A DNA stretch of 64,000 nt, taken from the IMG/VR virus record IMGVR_UViG_3300025674_000023, positions 1 through 64,000 of that record, one strand, 5' to 3'. The notes beneath the pieces were generated by a model. The model was not told the origin of the DNA, did no database searches, and was given only the letters and a program-made list of their open reading frames with translations. Position 1 is the stretch's first letter; every line of letters starts with the position of its first letter. The stretch comes from a virus. This document shows, in pieces, positions 43,890-54,027 of this stretch. The translations under genes and the position numbers were made by a program.

Positions 43890-44432
43890 ATGGCTCTCTG
43901 GGGCAATACAGACTTAGTATATTCTGATGGAACTGTTCAAGTAAATTTAACGACTCCAGAAATAACTGGCACTACAGGTGTAGTTAGTTTTACTGCAAAT
44001 GGAGTTGCTGCTGGTAATGTAATTACTGTCGGAGCCGGAGCAACTTATGGATATGCTATTATCACTGGCGTAACTTCTACAACACTTTCTATTGCTAGCA
44101 CTGCTGGATTTGTAAGTGGTCTTACAACAGTTCCAGCAACTACATATGAGATTTCTGAAGAACCACTTTACACCGTTCTTGATTCCCATTATAGAGCACC
44201 TGAGGCAAAAACATCAGGATTCTCAACTAATCCAGTAACAACATCTGTATATGGTGTTGATTATCTTGAGGTTGGTGTAGCAGCAACTACTAGTTATGCT
44301 GTTGGTCACTCTGGATGGGTTGGTATTACTTCATATGTTGATATGCATGGAAACCTGAGAGTTAAGCATGAAGTTTTAGTTGCTGGCGGAATCCTAACAA
44401 CATCTGACAGTGCTGACGAAGATTTAATTTGA
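43890..44432 (+). CDS. putative virion structural protein
   Basis: Late promoter at 43852; MALWG start; Thr/Gly-rich; HSGWVG...GNLRVKHEVLVA. Confidence 0.7.
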   Translation: MALWGNTDLVYSDGTVQVNLTTPEITGTTGVVSFTANGVAAGNVITVGAGATYGYAIITGVTSTTLSIASTAGFVSGLTTVPATTYEISEEPLYTVLDSHYRAPEAKTSGFSTNPVTTSVYGVDYLEVGVAATTSYAVGHSGWVGITSYVDMHGNLRVKHEVLVAGGILTTSDSADEDLI

Positions 44433-44443
44433 TAATATAAAGT

Positions 44444-44815
44444 ATGAGATTTGATGAGTTGAATGAGAATAATTATTTGTTATTCGCGATAAAATTTTAT
44501 GACAATCCTCAAGCTCTGACTATGGAGGATTTTGAAAATGATTTGAAGAGAATACGATACATAAAAAGATTATTAAAGAGATATAAGAGCAATGGTGAAC
44601 TTAAAGTTCACTTAATTCTCAATCACTTAATAATTATGTTTAATGTTTTCAGTGATGCAGCAGTTCCTTTGTTATTTTATAATTTGGAAAAGGAACTATG
44701 GCCATCTATGAAAAGTTTTTTGTTATTTTTGAATCGTATCCCTGAATATCCAAAAACTCAAATACATGATATTCAACAAGATGAAGAATGCTTTAAAAAA
44801 TTGCAAGAGATCTGA
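44444..44815 (+). CDS. conserved T4-like hypothetical protein
   Basis: FAIKFYDNP...EDFENDLKRIRYIKRLL...LILNHLII. Confidence 0.8.
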   Translation: MRFDELNENNYLLFAIKFYDNPQALTMEDFENDLKRIRYIKRLLKRYKSNGELKVHLILNHLIIMFNVFSDAAVPLLFYNLEKELWPSMKSFLLFLNRIPEYPKTQIHDIQQDEECFKKLQEI

Positions 44816-45006
44816 TGAATATTCAAAAGATTATAGGTATTGTTAAAAAACTTAGAGAAGAAGCAATAGCAAATACAGTTGGTGGTGGACATATTGCAGG
44901 AACTGCTGAAGCTGGTGATGATCCGCCGGTTAGAAGAAGAAAGAAAACACCAAAAGGTCATGTTGGATCAAGAGTTCCTTGGTTACAGTATTTAAGAAAT
45001 AAGTAA
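44815..45006 (+). CDS. hypothetical protein
   Basis: Coupled start; EEAIANTVGGGHIAG. Confidence 0.7.
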   Translation: MNIQKIIGIVKKLREEAIANTVGGGHIAGTAEAGDDPPVRRRKKTPKGHVGSRVPWLQYLRNK

Positions 45007-45007
45007 A

Positions 45008-45415
45008 ATGTTTTCAGATTCAAAGGTTGCTGTATTAGAATCGAAACTTGGTATCTATGAAGACTTGTCACGAGAAATGCTTGCCAAGTTAGAAACTGCA
45101 GTAGAAAAGATATCAGAAGGAAATAACCGTATTGCTCAGATTCTCACTAAGCATGATGAGAGAATTGAGCAGAGTATGAAGACTGATTCTCTCATTATCA
45201 AAATGATTGATGAGTTAAAGGAAGATAGCGAGAACGATCATAAGATTTTGCATGAAAGAATAGATAAGATAGAAACAGAAATAAAGGCATTCTCAAAGTT
45301 TCGTTGGCAGGTCGGTGGAGTCTTGGTAGTTGTAGCACTTTTCATTAGTGCCGGTACTATTCTTCCACTTTCCTTGACCCAACAGGCACCACAGGTTATA
45401 ATGGAGAGACGATAG
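45008..45415 (+). CDS. coiled-coil protein with C-terminal transmembrane helix
   Basis: Heptad-rich region followed by WQVGGVLVVVALFISAG. Confidence 0.75.
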   Translation: MFSDSKVAVLESKLGIYEDLSREMLAKLETAVEKISEGNNRIAQILTKHDERIEQSMKTDSLIIKMIDELKEDSENDHKILHERIDKIETEIKAFSKFRWQVGGVLVVVALFISAGTILPLSLTQQAPQVIMERR

Positions 45416-45428
45416 TATTGTCTCTGCA

Positions 45429-46400
45429 ATGGATCTAGTTGACTCCAAGTATATTGGTCTGATTTCTTCACGCCTACAAAAGTTCAAAAAGGTCAAAACA
45501 GATCTCTATAACTTTCGGTGTCCTATTTGCGGAGATTCGCAAAAGAACAAAAATAAGACAAGGGGATATCTCTACCAGGTCAAAAATAACACAAACTTTA
45601 AGTGCCATAATTGTGGCGCGAGTATGTCATTGAATAATTTTCTCAAGCAGATGGATACCACGCTGCATAAGCAGTATACACTTGAGAAGTTCAAGGAAGG
45701 GCACACCGGCAAAAACTTTGTGGTTGAAGAACCAAAGTTTGATTTTAAGAAACCTGTATTCAAACAATCTATTGATCTTCCAAAGGCATCAAGTAATTCT
45801 GTTGCGAAGAAATATCTTGAAAATAGGAAATTAGACCCAGATAAGTTTTACTATACTGAACAATTTAAGAGATGGGTAAATACTCAAAAAAAGACATTTG
45901 ATGTTATTAATAGAGATGAACCACGTATCATCATTCCGATGTATGATGAAGATAAAAATTTGATTGGATTTCAAGGGAGAGCACTGGATAAGTCTCCTAA
46001 TAAATATATCACCATTATGATTCAAGAGGAGGCACCAAAAATATATGGAATGGAAAAAATTAATAGAGACTTACCTATCTACTTGGTCGAAGGACCCTTT
46101 GACAGCACTTTCATCACTAATAGTGTGGCTTTGTGTGGCAGTGACGGTGACGTTCGTTGTCTTGAAGGAAGCAGTATTGTTTTTGTTTATGATAACGAGC
46201 CCCGCAATCGAGAGATTGTTGGAAGGATTGAGAGATGTATCGAACGAAATGAAAGCGTCGTCATCTGGCCAAGCACCGTAAAAGAAAAAGACATAAACGA
46301 TATGGTTCTTGCTGGTCATAATGTCAAATCTATGCTAGAATCAAATACCTACTCTGGATTGGAAGCAAAGGTCAAATTTAACAATTGGAAAAAGATATGA
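45429..46400 (+). CDS. gp61: DNA primase
   Basis: CPICGDS...CHNCG zinc finger, VEGPFDS, YDNEPRN, KDINDM TOPRIM. Confidence 0.96.
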   Translation: MDLVDSKYIGLISSRLQKFKKVKTDLYNFRCPICGDSQKNKNKTRGYLYQVKNNTNFKCHNCGASMSLNNFLKQMDTTLHKQYTLEKFKEGHTGKNFVVEEPKFDFKKPVFKQSIDLPKASSNSVAKKYLENRKLDPDKFYYTEQFKRWVNTQKKTFDVINRDEPRIIIPMYDEDKNLIGFQGRALDKSPNKYITIMIQEEAPKIYGMEKINRDLPIYLVEGPFDSTFITNSVALCGSDGDVRCLEGSSIVFVYDNEPRNREIVGRIERCIERNESVVIWPSTVKEKDINDMVLAGHNVKSMLESNTYSGLEAKVKFNNWKKI

Positions 46401-48694
46401 CAAACGGAACAAAAGTTGTCAAGAGAAATGGGTCTATTGAACCTCTTGATTTGAACAAACTTCACAAAATGGTTGATGAGGCATGTAAAGACCTTGCCGG
46501 GGTCTCTGCAAGTCAGGTCGAAATTCAATCAGGTATTCAATTTTACGATGGCATTACGACAGCAGAAATTCAAGAAATTCTAATTCGTTCTGCAAGTGAT
46601 TTAATTGATCTTAATCATCCTAACTATCAGTTTGTGGCAGCAAGACTTCTTCTGTTTGCTCTTCGTAAACAGTTGTATGGTCGTATGCATGAAACACCTA
46701 CGGTAAAACAGCATATAGACCAATGCATCAAAAAAGGTGTTTATGATGCAGAAATTGCGAACCTTTATACTGATGAAGAGTTTGATAAACTCCAATCATT
46801 CATTGATCATGATCGTGACTTTTTGTTTACATATGCTGGATTGAGACAGGTTGTAGATAAATATCTCGTGCAAGATAGAAGTAGTGGTGCTCTTTATGAA
46901 ACACCACAGTTCATGTATCTTCTGATTGCAGCAACTATCTTTTCGAAGTATCCTAAAGAGATCCGTCTCGATTATGTAAGGAAGTATTATGACGCAATCT
47001 CGAAACACCGAATCAACATTCCCACACCTATCATGGCAGGAGTGCGAACTCCACTTAGACAATACGCTAGCTGTGTTCTTGTTGATGTTGATGACTCCCT
47101 CGATTCTATCTTTAGCTCTGATATGGCTATTGGCAGATACGTTGCACAAAGGGCGGGCATCGGTATCAACGCAGGCAGAATCCGTGGCATCAACAGTAAA
47201 ATCAGAGGCGGAGAAGTGCAGCACACAGGTGTTGTTCCATTTCTCAAGAAGTTTGAAGCAACTGTCAGATGTTGCACGCAAAATGGCATCAGAGGTGGAT
47301 CAGCAACTGTCCACTTCCCCATCTGGCACCAAGAAATAGAAGACATTATTGTTCTCAAAAACAATAAAGGAACAGAAGACAATCGAGTAAGAAAACTTGA
47401 CTACTCCATTCAAATTTCAAAACTTTTCTATGAGCGTTTCATCCAGAATGGAGAGATTAGCCTGTTCTCACCGCATGATGTTCCAGGACTCTATGATGCT
47501 TTTGGTACTGATTCATTTGATGATCTCTATGTGGGCTATGAACAAAATGAGTCTGTTCCAAGAAAAACTATCGGTGCTCAAGAACTTTTTCTTAACATCT
47601 TAAAAGAAAGAGCAGAAACTGGTCGTCTCTATATCATGAATATCGACCATTGTAACTCTCACTCTTCCTTTATGGATAAAGTTGAAATGAGCAATCTGTG
47701 CCAGGAGATTACACTTCCAACTAAACCAATCAAACACATTGATGATGAAGATGGGGAAATTGCTCTGTGTATCCTTTCTGCTATTAATATTGGTAAAATC
47801 AGGTCTTTGGAGGATCTTGAAGTTCTTTGCGATCTTGCTGTTAGGAGTCTTGATGAACTCATTGATTTTCAACAATATCCAGTCAGATCAGCAGAGATTG
47901 CCACTAAAGCACGTCGTTCCCTTGGAATAGGGTATATTGGTCTCGCACATTATCTTGCCAAGCACGGGTGGTTCTATGACGATCCTAATGCTTGGAAACT
48001 GATTCATGATCTTTCAGAGGCATTCCAATATTATCTGATTCGTGCTACAGTAAATCTTGCCAAAGAAAAAGGAGCATGTGAATTCAGTCATCGCACCAAG
48101 TATGGGCACGGAATTCTGCCGATTGATACATACAAGAAGGATGTAGATGAGATCGTACCAAATGAGCTTCATTATGATTGGGACGGTCTTAGAGAGGATG
48201 TCAAGAAGTACGGAGTACGGAACTCAACATTGTCCGCACAAATGCCTTCAGAGAGCAGTTCCGTTGTGTCAAACGCAACAAATGGAATCGAACCACCTCG
48301 TGCTTTCTTGTCCGTTAAGAAGTCAAAGAAAGGAACACTCAAACAGATTGTTCCACAATATAGCACTCTTAAAAGCAATTATACGCTTCTTTGGGATATG
48401 GAGTCCAATCGTGGTTATATTAATGTTGTTGCTGTAATGCAAAAGTTTTTTGATCAAGCTATTTCTGGTAATTGGAACTATAATCCTTTTAAGTTTCCTG
48501 ACAATGAGATTCCTATTTCTTTATGGGCACAAGACCTTTTGACTACATATAAGTACGGTTGGAAAACCAGTTATTATCAAAATACATACGACAACAAAAA
48601 CGACGAACTTGAAGAGACAAATTCAACACTAGATAATTTAATTTCTGAAATCGAAAATACAGCGGAGGAAGAGTGTGAGTCTTGTAAGATTTAA
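46397..48694 (+). CDS. nrdA: ribonucleotide reductase class Ia alpha subunit
   Basis: ATP-cone VVKRNG, PTPIMAG, SNLCQEI, MPSESSS, C-term CESCKI; no intein seen. Confidence 0.97.
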   Translation: MTNGTKVVKRNGSIEPLDLNKLHKMVDEACKDLAGVSASQVEIQSGIQFYDGITTAEIQEILIRSASDLIDLNHPNYQFVAARLLLFALRKQLYGRMHETPTVKQHIDQCIKKGVYDAEIANLYTDEEFDKLQSFIDHDRDFLFTYAGLRQVVDKYLVQDRSSGALYETPQFMYLLIAATIFSKYPKEIRLDYVRKYYDAISKHRINIPTPIMAGVRTPLRQYASCVLVDVDDSLDSIFSSDMAIGRYVAQRAGIGINAGRIRGINSKIRGGEVQHTGVVPFLKKFEATVRCCTQNGIRGGSATVHFPIWHQEIEDIIVLKNNKGTEDNRVRKLDYSIQISKLFYERFIQNGEISLFSPHDVPGLYDAFGTDSFDDLYVGYEQNESVPRKTIGAQELFLNILKERAETGRLYIMNIDHCNSHSSFMDKVEMSNLCQEITLPTKPIKHIDDEDGEIALCILSAINIGKIRSLEDLEVLCDLAVRSLDELIDFQQYPVRSAEIATKARRSLGIGYIGLAHYLAKHGWFYDDPNAWKLIHDLSEAFQYYLIRATVNLAKEKGACEFSHRTKYGHGILPIDTYKKDVDEIVPNELHYDWDGLREDVKKYGVRNSTLSAQMPSESSSVVSNATNGIEPPRAFLSVKKSKKGTLKQIVPQYSTLKSNYTLLWDMESNRGYINVVAVMQKFFDQAISGNWNYNPFKFPDNEIPISLWAQDLLTTYKYGWKTSYYQNTYDNKNDELEETNSTLDNLISEIENTAEEECESCKI

Positions 48695-49859
48695 GACAAA
48701 TAAAGAAGAAAAACCCATGGTAAATTCCATGACAGTATTTAATTCTGAAGAAATTGATACCAAAAAGCAACCCATGTTTTTTGGAAAACCTCTGGGAATC
48801 CAAAGATATGATTCATACAAATATCCAGTATTTGAAAAAATTACTACACAACAACTAGGATACTTTTGGAGACCCGAGGAGGTCTCCCTCCAAAAAGATC
48901 GTGGCGATTACCATACACTGCGCCCTGAACAGAAGCATATTTTTACCAGCAATTTGAAGTATCAAGTTATGCTGGATTCTGTTCAGGGTCGTGGTCCTGG
49001 TATGGCATTTGCTCCATACTGCTCTTTACCTGAACTAGAGGCATGTATGAAGGTCTGGGAGTTCATGGAAATGATTCACAGTCGTTCTTACACATATATC
49101 ATTAAGAATGTATATTCAGACCCATCTGAGATTTTTGACACGATTCTTCGCGATGATCGTATCGTCGAACGTGCAATGAGTGTAACTTCTGCATATAATG
49201 ACTTTATTAATTCTGCTCAACAATATGGAAATTCTGATGAATGGTTACATGCATTAGAACAAGTTCCTTATGCACAAGAGGCAAGATATGAACTCAAGCG
49301 CAAGCTCTATCGAGCAGTTGCAAACGTTAATATTCTTGAAGGTATTCGCTTTTACGTATCCTTTGCTTGCAGTTTTGCTTTTGGCGAACTCAAACTTATG
49401 GAGGGAAGTGCAAAAATCATCTCACTAATTGCTAGAGATGAAAATCAACATTTAGTAATTACTCAAAATATTCTAAATAAGTGGAAAGAGGGTGATGATC
49501 CTGAGATGAAAAAAATTTCTCAGGAAGAAGAACCTTGGTTAATCCGAACTTTTGATAGTGCCGTAAATCAAGAAAAACTTTGGGCAGAGTATTTGTTCAA
49601 GGATGGATCTATGATTGGATTAAATGACAAACTGTTACATCAGTATGTCGAATGGATTGCTAATCGTAGAATGAAAGCAATTGGAATCAAACCAATTTAT
49701 GGAATTTCTGCAAAAAATAATCCATTACCTTGGACAGAGCATTGGATCTCTTCTAAAGGTCTTCAAGTGGCACCTCAAGAAACCGAAGTCGAGTCTTACA
49801 TCGTTGGAGGAATTAAACAAGATGTCACAAAAGATTCATTCTCAGGATTCCAACTTTGA
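48675..49859 (+). CDS. nrdB: ribonucleotide reductase class Ia beta subunit
   Basis: FWRPEE, EMIHSRSY, LEGIRFYVSF, DENQH, VAPQETE. Confidence 0.97.
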   Translation: MSLVRFKTNKEEKPMVNSMTVFNSEEIDTKKQPMFFGKPLGIQRYDSYKYPVFEKITTQQLGYFWRPEEVSLQKDRGDYHTLRPEQKHIFTSNLKYQVMLDSVQGRGPGMAFAPYCSLPELEACMKVWEFMEMIHSRSYTYIIKNVYSDPSEIFDTILRDDRIVERAMSVTSAYNDFINSAQQYGNSDEWLHALEQVPYAQEARYELKRKLYRAVANVNILEGIRFYVSFACSFAFGELKLMEGSAKIISLIARDENQHLVITQNILNKWKEGDDPEMKKISQEEEPWLIRTFDSAVNQEKLWAEYLFKDGSMIGLNDKLLHQYVEWIANRRMKAIGIKPIYGISAKNNPLPWTEHWISSKGLQVAPQETEVESYIVGGIKQDVTKDSFSGFQL

Positions 49860-50058
49860 GGAAACTTGGAGAAAAATGGATGAGATTGATCCACTAACTC
49901 CCAAAGTTTCTGAATGCAAAGGAAACTGTAAGTGTAACTGTCTAAAAACTGAAGATGCCATAAAAATATATCAAGAAGCAGCTGCTGCCGATGATTTTAT
50001 TTTTGGAGATTATGATTATACTAAAGAATGGATAAATGATTTCAACAAGGAGGGGTAA
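49822..50058 (+). CDS. hypothetical protein (start uncertain)
   Basis: Open frame after nrdB, ending before the terminator at 50049-50073. Confidence 0.5.
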   Translation: MSQKIHSQDSNFEETWRKMDEIDPLTPKVSECKGNCKCNCLKTEDAIKIYQEAAAADDFIFGDYDYTKEWINDFNKEG

Positions 50059-50103
50059 TACCCTCCTTTTTTTATATAAATACCTAAAAAGTGTATATCG
50101 ATA

Positions 50104-51636
50104 ATGAAGAGTTTTAAGGAGTTTCTTAATGAAGATGCAGTAAAGGCTGCTGAAGCTTGGAGAAAGTGGATGGCAGAGAATCCTCAAGATTTTAAGAAGG
50201 GAGGAAGATTTTACGAGAAAGGTGGCACCGAAAAAACATCTGCTGCTGCTAAAAATTTTATGAAAACTTATATGAAAACTGGCAGACCACCAGAAGGATT
50301 TGAATTTAAAACTACAAAAGTTTCTGGATCAGATGTTGGGTTTGGTGGTAAAACAAAAAAAGAACCACCTAAAGCACAACCAGAACCACCTAAAGCACAA
50401 CCAGAACAACCTAAAGCGCAAACTAGAGCACAACAACCAGAACAACCTAAAGCACAACCTAAAGCACAACCTAAAGCACAACCTAAAGCACAACCTAAAG
50501 CACAACCAGAACAACCTAAAGCGCAAACTAGAGCACAACAACCATCACCTAAAGTACGACCAAAACTTAGATCTAGACTTGGAAGAGTCGGTAATTTAGC
50601 ACTTTCCGGTTTAAGTGCTGTAGATGCAATTGATTCTGCATCGAGAGGTGAATATGGTGATGCCCTTACCAGTGGATTACTTGCTGCACAAGGATCTAGA
50701 AGGTTGTCACGAGCAGCTCCAAGAGCAGGTAGAACTGCCGTTCAAAAAATTGCTACTAGATTAGGAAGACCTGTCTTAGGAAAAGCTGCTGCTCGATTTG
50801 TTCCTGGACTTAGCACTGCTTATGGTATTGCTAGAGGAACACAAGCTGCAATGAGAGGTGATCAACTTGGTGCTGCATTGGGTTATGGATCTGCAATTCC
50901 TGTTGTTGGTGGAGCATTTGCTGCTGCCGATATAGCCAGAGATGTAATGCCACAGAAATGGAAAAATAAAATTGCAAGTTCAATTGGATATAGAAAAACT
51001 TCAGATGCTGCTGCTCAAACAAAAAAAGATATTGAAAAATTAAAAAATAGGCCGCGAACTTCACCAAAACAAATGTTGAGTACAATGGACACTAGATCAT
51101 CAAGGAATGTGGCATCAAAACTTGGCACTTATGGTGCCACACAAGGATCTGCTATTGTAGGAACTGGTGGTAAAACTACTTTTGATACTAAGAATAACAA
51201 AATTACAACAGGTGGAAAAACTGCTAGTCTTCCTAGTACACAAATTCTTCCTGGTGGTAGAGTTGGCGATCTTGCTTATAGAAATGGAAAACCAGTATAT
51301 CTTGCAAGAGCTTCTGTTGCCTCCAGAAATAACAATTTGTTTGCTAGATTATCAAGAGCAACTGGTATAGGTGGTCAGAGACAAAGAGATGCTGCTGCTG
51401 CTCAAAGAGAAAGAAATCAAGCAATTTCAAATACTCAAAAATATAGAAGAGATCTCGGAATAAGTGGAAGTGGTGCGTCATATAATCCACCTAAAACAGG
51501 TCAGTCTGCTAGATCTGCGCAAGCATATGCGGCATCAAAAGGTAAATATTATTCTAGCACTACTGGAAAAACATATGCGAATTATGCTGCGGCGTTAAAA
51601 GACCCTGCAGTTAGAAAAGCTACTTCAAAAACATAA
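50104..51636 (+). CDS. low-complexity basic late protein with AQPK repeats
   Basis: TATAAATA at 50075; N-term MKSFKEFLNE; Gly/Ala-rich hydrophobic middle. Confidence 0.85.
   Translation: MKSFKEFLNEDAVKAAEAWRKWMAENPQDFKKGGRFYEKGGTEKTSAAAKNFMKTYMKTGRPPEGFEFKTTKVSGSDVGFGGKTKKEPPKAQPEPPKAQPEQPKAQTRAQQPEQPKAQPKAQPKAQPKAQPKAQPEQPKAQTRAQQPSPKVRPKLRSRLGRVGNLALSGLSAVDAIDSASRGEYGDALTSGLLAAQGSRRLSRAAPRAGRTAVQKIATRLGRPVLGKAAARFVPGLSTAYGIARGTQAAMRGDQLGAALGYGSAIPVVGGAFAAADIARDVMPQKWKNKIASSIGYRKTSDAAAQTKKDIEKLKNRPRTSPKQMLSTMDTRSSRNVASKLGTYGATQGSAIVGTGGKTTFDTKNNKITTGGKTASLPSTQILPGGRVGDLAYRNGKPVYLARASVASRNNNLFARLSRATGIGGQRQRDAAAAQRERNQAISNTQKYRRDLGISGSGASYNPPKTGQSARSAQAYAASKGKYYSSTTGKTYANYAAALKDPAVRKATSKT
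50362..50550 (+). repeat. imperfect tandem repeats encoding (E/A)QPK/AQP
   Basis: Repeated CCTAAAGCACAA and CCAGAACAACCTAAA units. Confidence 0.9.
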
Positions 51637-51675
51637 TTTTTGATAAATAAATATACGACAACAGTGTATAAGAAA

Positions 51676-52494
51676 ATGAGTATTAGAGGTCTTAAAGAAG
51701 CATATCAAGAAGTTTATCTTAACGAATCTATAGAAAATCTTGCTATTGCTTTAATTGAAGAAGGATATGATTTAGATCAAATCACTGAGCAAGATTTTTA
51801 TAATATTTGTGAGGAAAATGGTTTCATTTGTGAAGGTGGTAAAGCTAAAGCATTGTTGGATTTATTGAGAAGTCCTGCAGCTCGAAGAGTATACGGAAAA
51901 GCTTATAGAGGTCTTGTAAAACCTGTGGTGGGTGGTGCTAAACGACCTTTAAAAGCAGCACTTGGAGTGCTTGGTGCAACCGCCGCAACTAAGTATGGAT
52001 TAATTCCAGCAGTCAAATACGCTGGCGGCGAATTAAAAAAAGGTTTGAAATCGGCAGATGATGCTTTAGGTGGTAATATTCAGAAAATGATGAAGGGAGG
52101 AGATAGTAACCAATCCAAACCCGTTAAGAAGAAGGAAGAAGAAGACAAAGATGCCTGGATGAATAAGTATCTCACTCAAGGAGATTCTGAAGATATGTTC
52201 GATCTAGTAAAAAATCATTTGCTAGACGAAGGTTATGCAGACACCGAAAATGCAGCAATTGTTATTATGTCTAATATGAGTGAAGAGTGGAGAAAGAGTA
52301 TTCTTGAAGGTTCTATTGCAGATAGAGCAAGAAAAGTTGTTGATGCCCAGAGACAAGGTTTTCATGGTGATGCTGATGAAATGAAGCGAGATATGGATGC
52401 AATCAATTTAAATCTTCTTAGATTGAGACCTTATGGTGTTAAAGGATTTCCTTCGGTTAAAAAGAATGAACCCAAGAAGACTACTAATGCTTAA
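51676..52494 (+). CDS. hypothetical protein, paralog family with 18654-20885
   Basis: LKEAYQEVY start; FDLVKNHLLDEGYADTENAAIVIMSNMSEEW cassette. Confidence 0.8.
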   Translation: MSIRGLKEAYQEVYLNESIENLAIALIEEGYDLDQITEQDFYNICEENGFICEGGKAKALLDLLRSPAARRVYGKAYRGLVKPVVGGAKRPLKAALGVLGATAATKYGLIPAVKYAGGELKKGLKSADDALGGNIQKMMKGGDSNQSKPVKKKEEEDKDAWMNKYLTQGDSEDMFDLVKNHLLDEGYADTENAAIVIMSNMSEEWRKSILEGSIADRARKVVDAQRQGFHGDADEMKRDMDAINLNLLRLRPYGVKGFPSVKKNEPKKTTNA

Positions 52495-52524
52495 AACCTT
52501 CTATAAACTAAAGGGAGTCTGATA

Positions 52525-53319
52525 ATGCTAAACGAGCAAAGGAAGTTTGATTATGCTAGGGAAAATAATGTTCCTGGTATAAATTTTAGAAATAAAGAAG
52601 GCAACCTTGTATGGCGAAAACTTGATGCTGAATTGAAAGCAGATTTAAAAAGACAAGGTTATAACTGGAGAGAATTGGAAAAATCTTATCTTAGAAGACG
52701 CGGACAAAAGCAAGTTGAAAAAGATGTGGATGATGTGGCAGCAGCAAAGGCAGCAGCAGAAGAACAAAAACCAGAACAACCTAAAGAACAACCTAAAGAA
52801 CAACCTAAAGAACAACCTAAAGAACAACCTAAAGAACAACCTAAAGAACAACCTAAAGAACAACCTAAAGAACAACCTAAAGAACAAAAACCAAAACAAT
52901 TAACTAATCGTGAAAAATGGGAAAAAGCAAATCCACGTTTAGCTGCAGCAGAAAAGATTAGAGCAGAATTTAAGTCTGCTGGGAAATCTCCTTATAGTAA
53001 AGAAGCAAGAAAAGCGGTTTCAAAAGTGATTTATACAGATCCAAAGTCAAAAGCTTACGTTAAAGATTCTTATGATGTAGTATTGGATTATCTCTTCTCT
53101 ATGGGGCATGTAGATACTTTAGAAGAAGCACATTATATCATGATGCAACTTGATTCTGAAAATATTCAGGGTATCATGGAGCAAATGCTTCCTCCTATAG
53201 ACTTTGAAAAACATAAAGCAGCACAAAAGACGCAAAAAATTTATAATAAAGCAACACAAGGAGCAGGATCAGAAAAAGATTTTCTGAAAAGAACTGGGGC
53301 ACAACTTCCTAGAGTCTAA
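52525..53319 (+). CDS. hypothetical protein with EQPK repeat and diverged acidic cassette
   Basis: YDVVLDYLFSMGHVDTLEEAHYIMMQL. Confidence 0.8.
   Translation: MLNEQRKFDYARENNVPGINFRNKEGNLVWRKLDAELKADLKRQGYNWRELEKSYLRRRGQKQVEKDVDDVAAAKAAAEEQKPEQPKEQPKEQPKEQPKEQPKEQPKEQPKEQPKEQPKEQKPKQLTNREKWEKANPRLAAAEKIRAEFKSAGKSPYSKEARKAVSKVIYTDPKSKAYVKDSYDVVLDYLFSMGHVDTLEEAHYIMMQLDSENIQGIMEQMLPPIDFEKHKAAQKTQKIYNKATQGAGSEKDFLKRTGAQLPRV
52774..52881 (+). repeat. perfect 12-bp tandem repeat x9 (EQPK)
   Basis: GAACAACCTAAA repeated nine times. Confidence 0.95.
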
Positions 53320-53328
53320 CATATGTGT

Positions 53329-53365
53329 AAAGAGGGTTGACAACCCTCTTTTTTTTGTGTAAAAT
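53329..53365 (+). terminator. terminator with embedded sigma70 promoter
   Basis: AGAGGGTTG-A-CAACCCTCT inverted repeat plus T-run; TTGACA (53337)-17 nt-TAAAAT (53360). Confidence 0.8.
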
Positions 53366-53414
53366 ACCTTTGTTAGGGTTAAAAGATAAATAATAGCTCA
53401 TTGAAATCTATAAG

Positions 53415-53864
53415 ATGAGCTATGATAATCCGTGGAGATATGATGAGAGAGTTTTTGATAGTAATGATATTGGGGACTACTACGGCTTTGTTTATCTCAT
53501 TACCAATCAGTCAAACAAACGACAATACATTGGTAGAAAGTATTTTTGGTCATATAGAACTCCACCAGGAAAGAAAAGGAAAGTAAAACAAGAATCTGAT
53601 TGGAAGAAGTATTATGGTTCTTGTCCTGAATTAAAAGAAGATATTAAAAAGTATGGTAAAGAGACCTTCAGTAGAGTTATATTGAGTCTACATAAGACAA
53701 AAGGACTTTGTAATTATGAGGAGACCAAGCAACTCTTTCTCAATAATGTCTTATCTGAATCGCTTGACAACGGGGTGCCTGCGTTCTATAATAGCAACAT
53801 TCTCGGGCGCTACATGCGCAAAGACTATGGTAACTTTGGAAGACACTCTGAAAACGACACATGA
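53415..53864 (+). CDS. GIY-YIG family nuclease
   Basis: GFVYLITN...YIGRK...YYGS...EE...YNSNI. Confidence 0.85.
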   Translation: MSYDNPWRYDERVFDSNDIGDYYGFVYLITNQSNKRQYIGRKYFWSYRTPPGKKRKVKQESDWKKYYGSCPELKEDIKKYGKETFSRVILSLHKTKGLCNYEETKQLFLNNVLSESLDNGVPAFYNSNILGRYMRKDYGNFGRHSENDT

Positions 53865-54027
53865 CTGGGCAGTTGATAGACTGCACACTCTCTGTCAAGA
53901 CCCTTCAAACGACCCATTAGAATGTGTTGAGAATGCACATGCACTTCATTGTGAGTTTTATGAGTGGCTTGATCCTGATGTTGAAGACCATGAAATTTAC
54001 TCTCTTGAATATCTTGGTGAAGATTGA
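53827..54027 (+). CDS. hypothetical protein
   Basis: MVTLEDTLKTTHDWAVDR...EFYEWLDP. Confidence 0.65.
   Translation: MVTLEDTLKTTHDWAVDRLHTLCQDPSNDPLECVENAHALHCEFYEWLDPDVEDHEIYSLEYLGED

Noticed and set aside
33407-49859. Introns or inteins in gp43, gp41, nrdA or nrdB
   Set aside because: All are continuous, of ordinary length and without visible intein or intron signatures.
52645-52903. LFFR-repeat and NNLK-repeat ORFs (also 50300-50599 and 50329-50541)
   Set aside because: Alternative frames of the 12-bp tandem repeats inside real genes.
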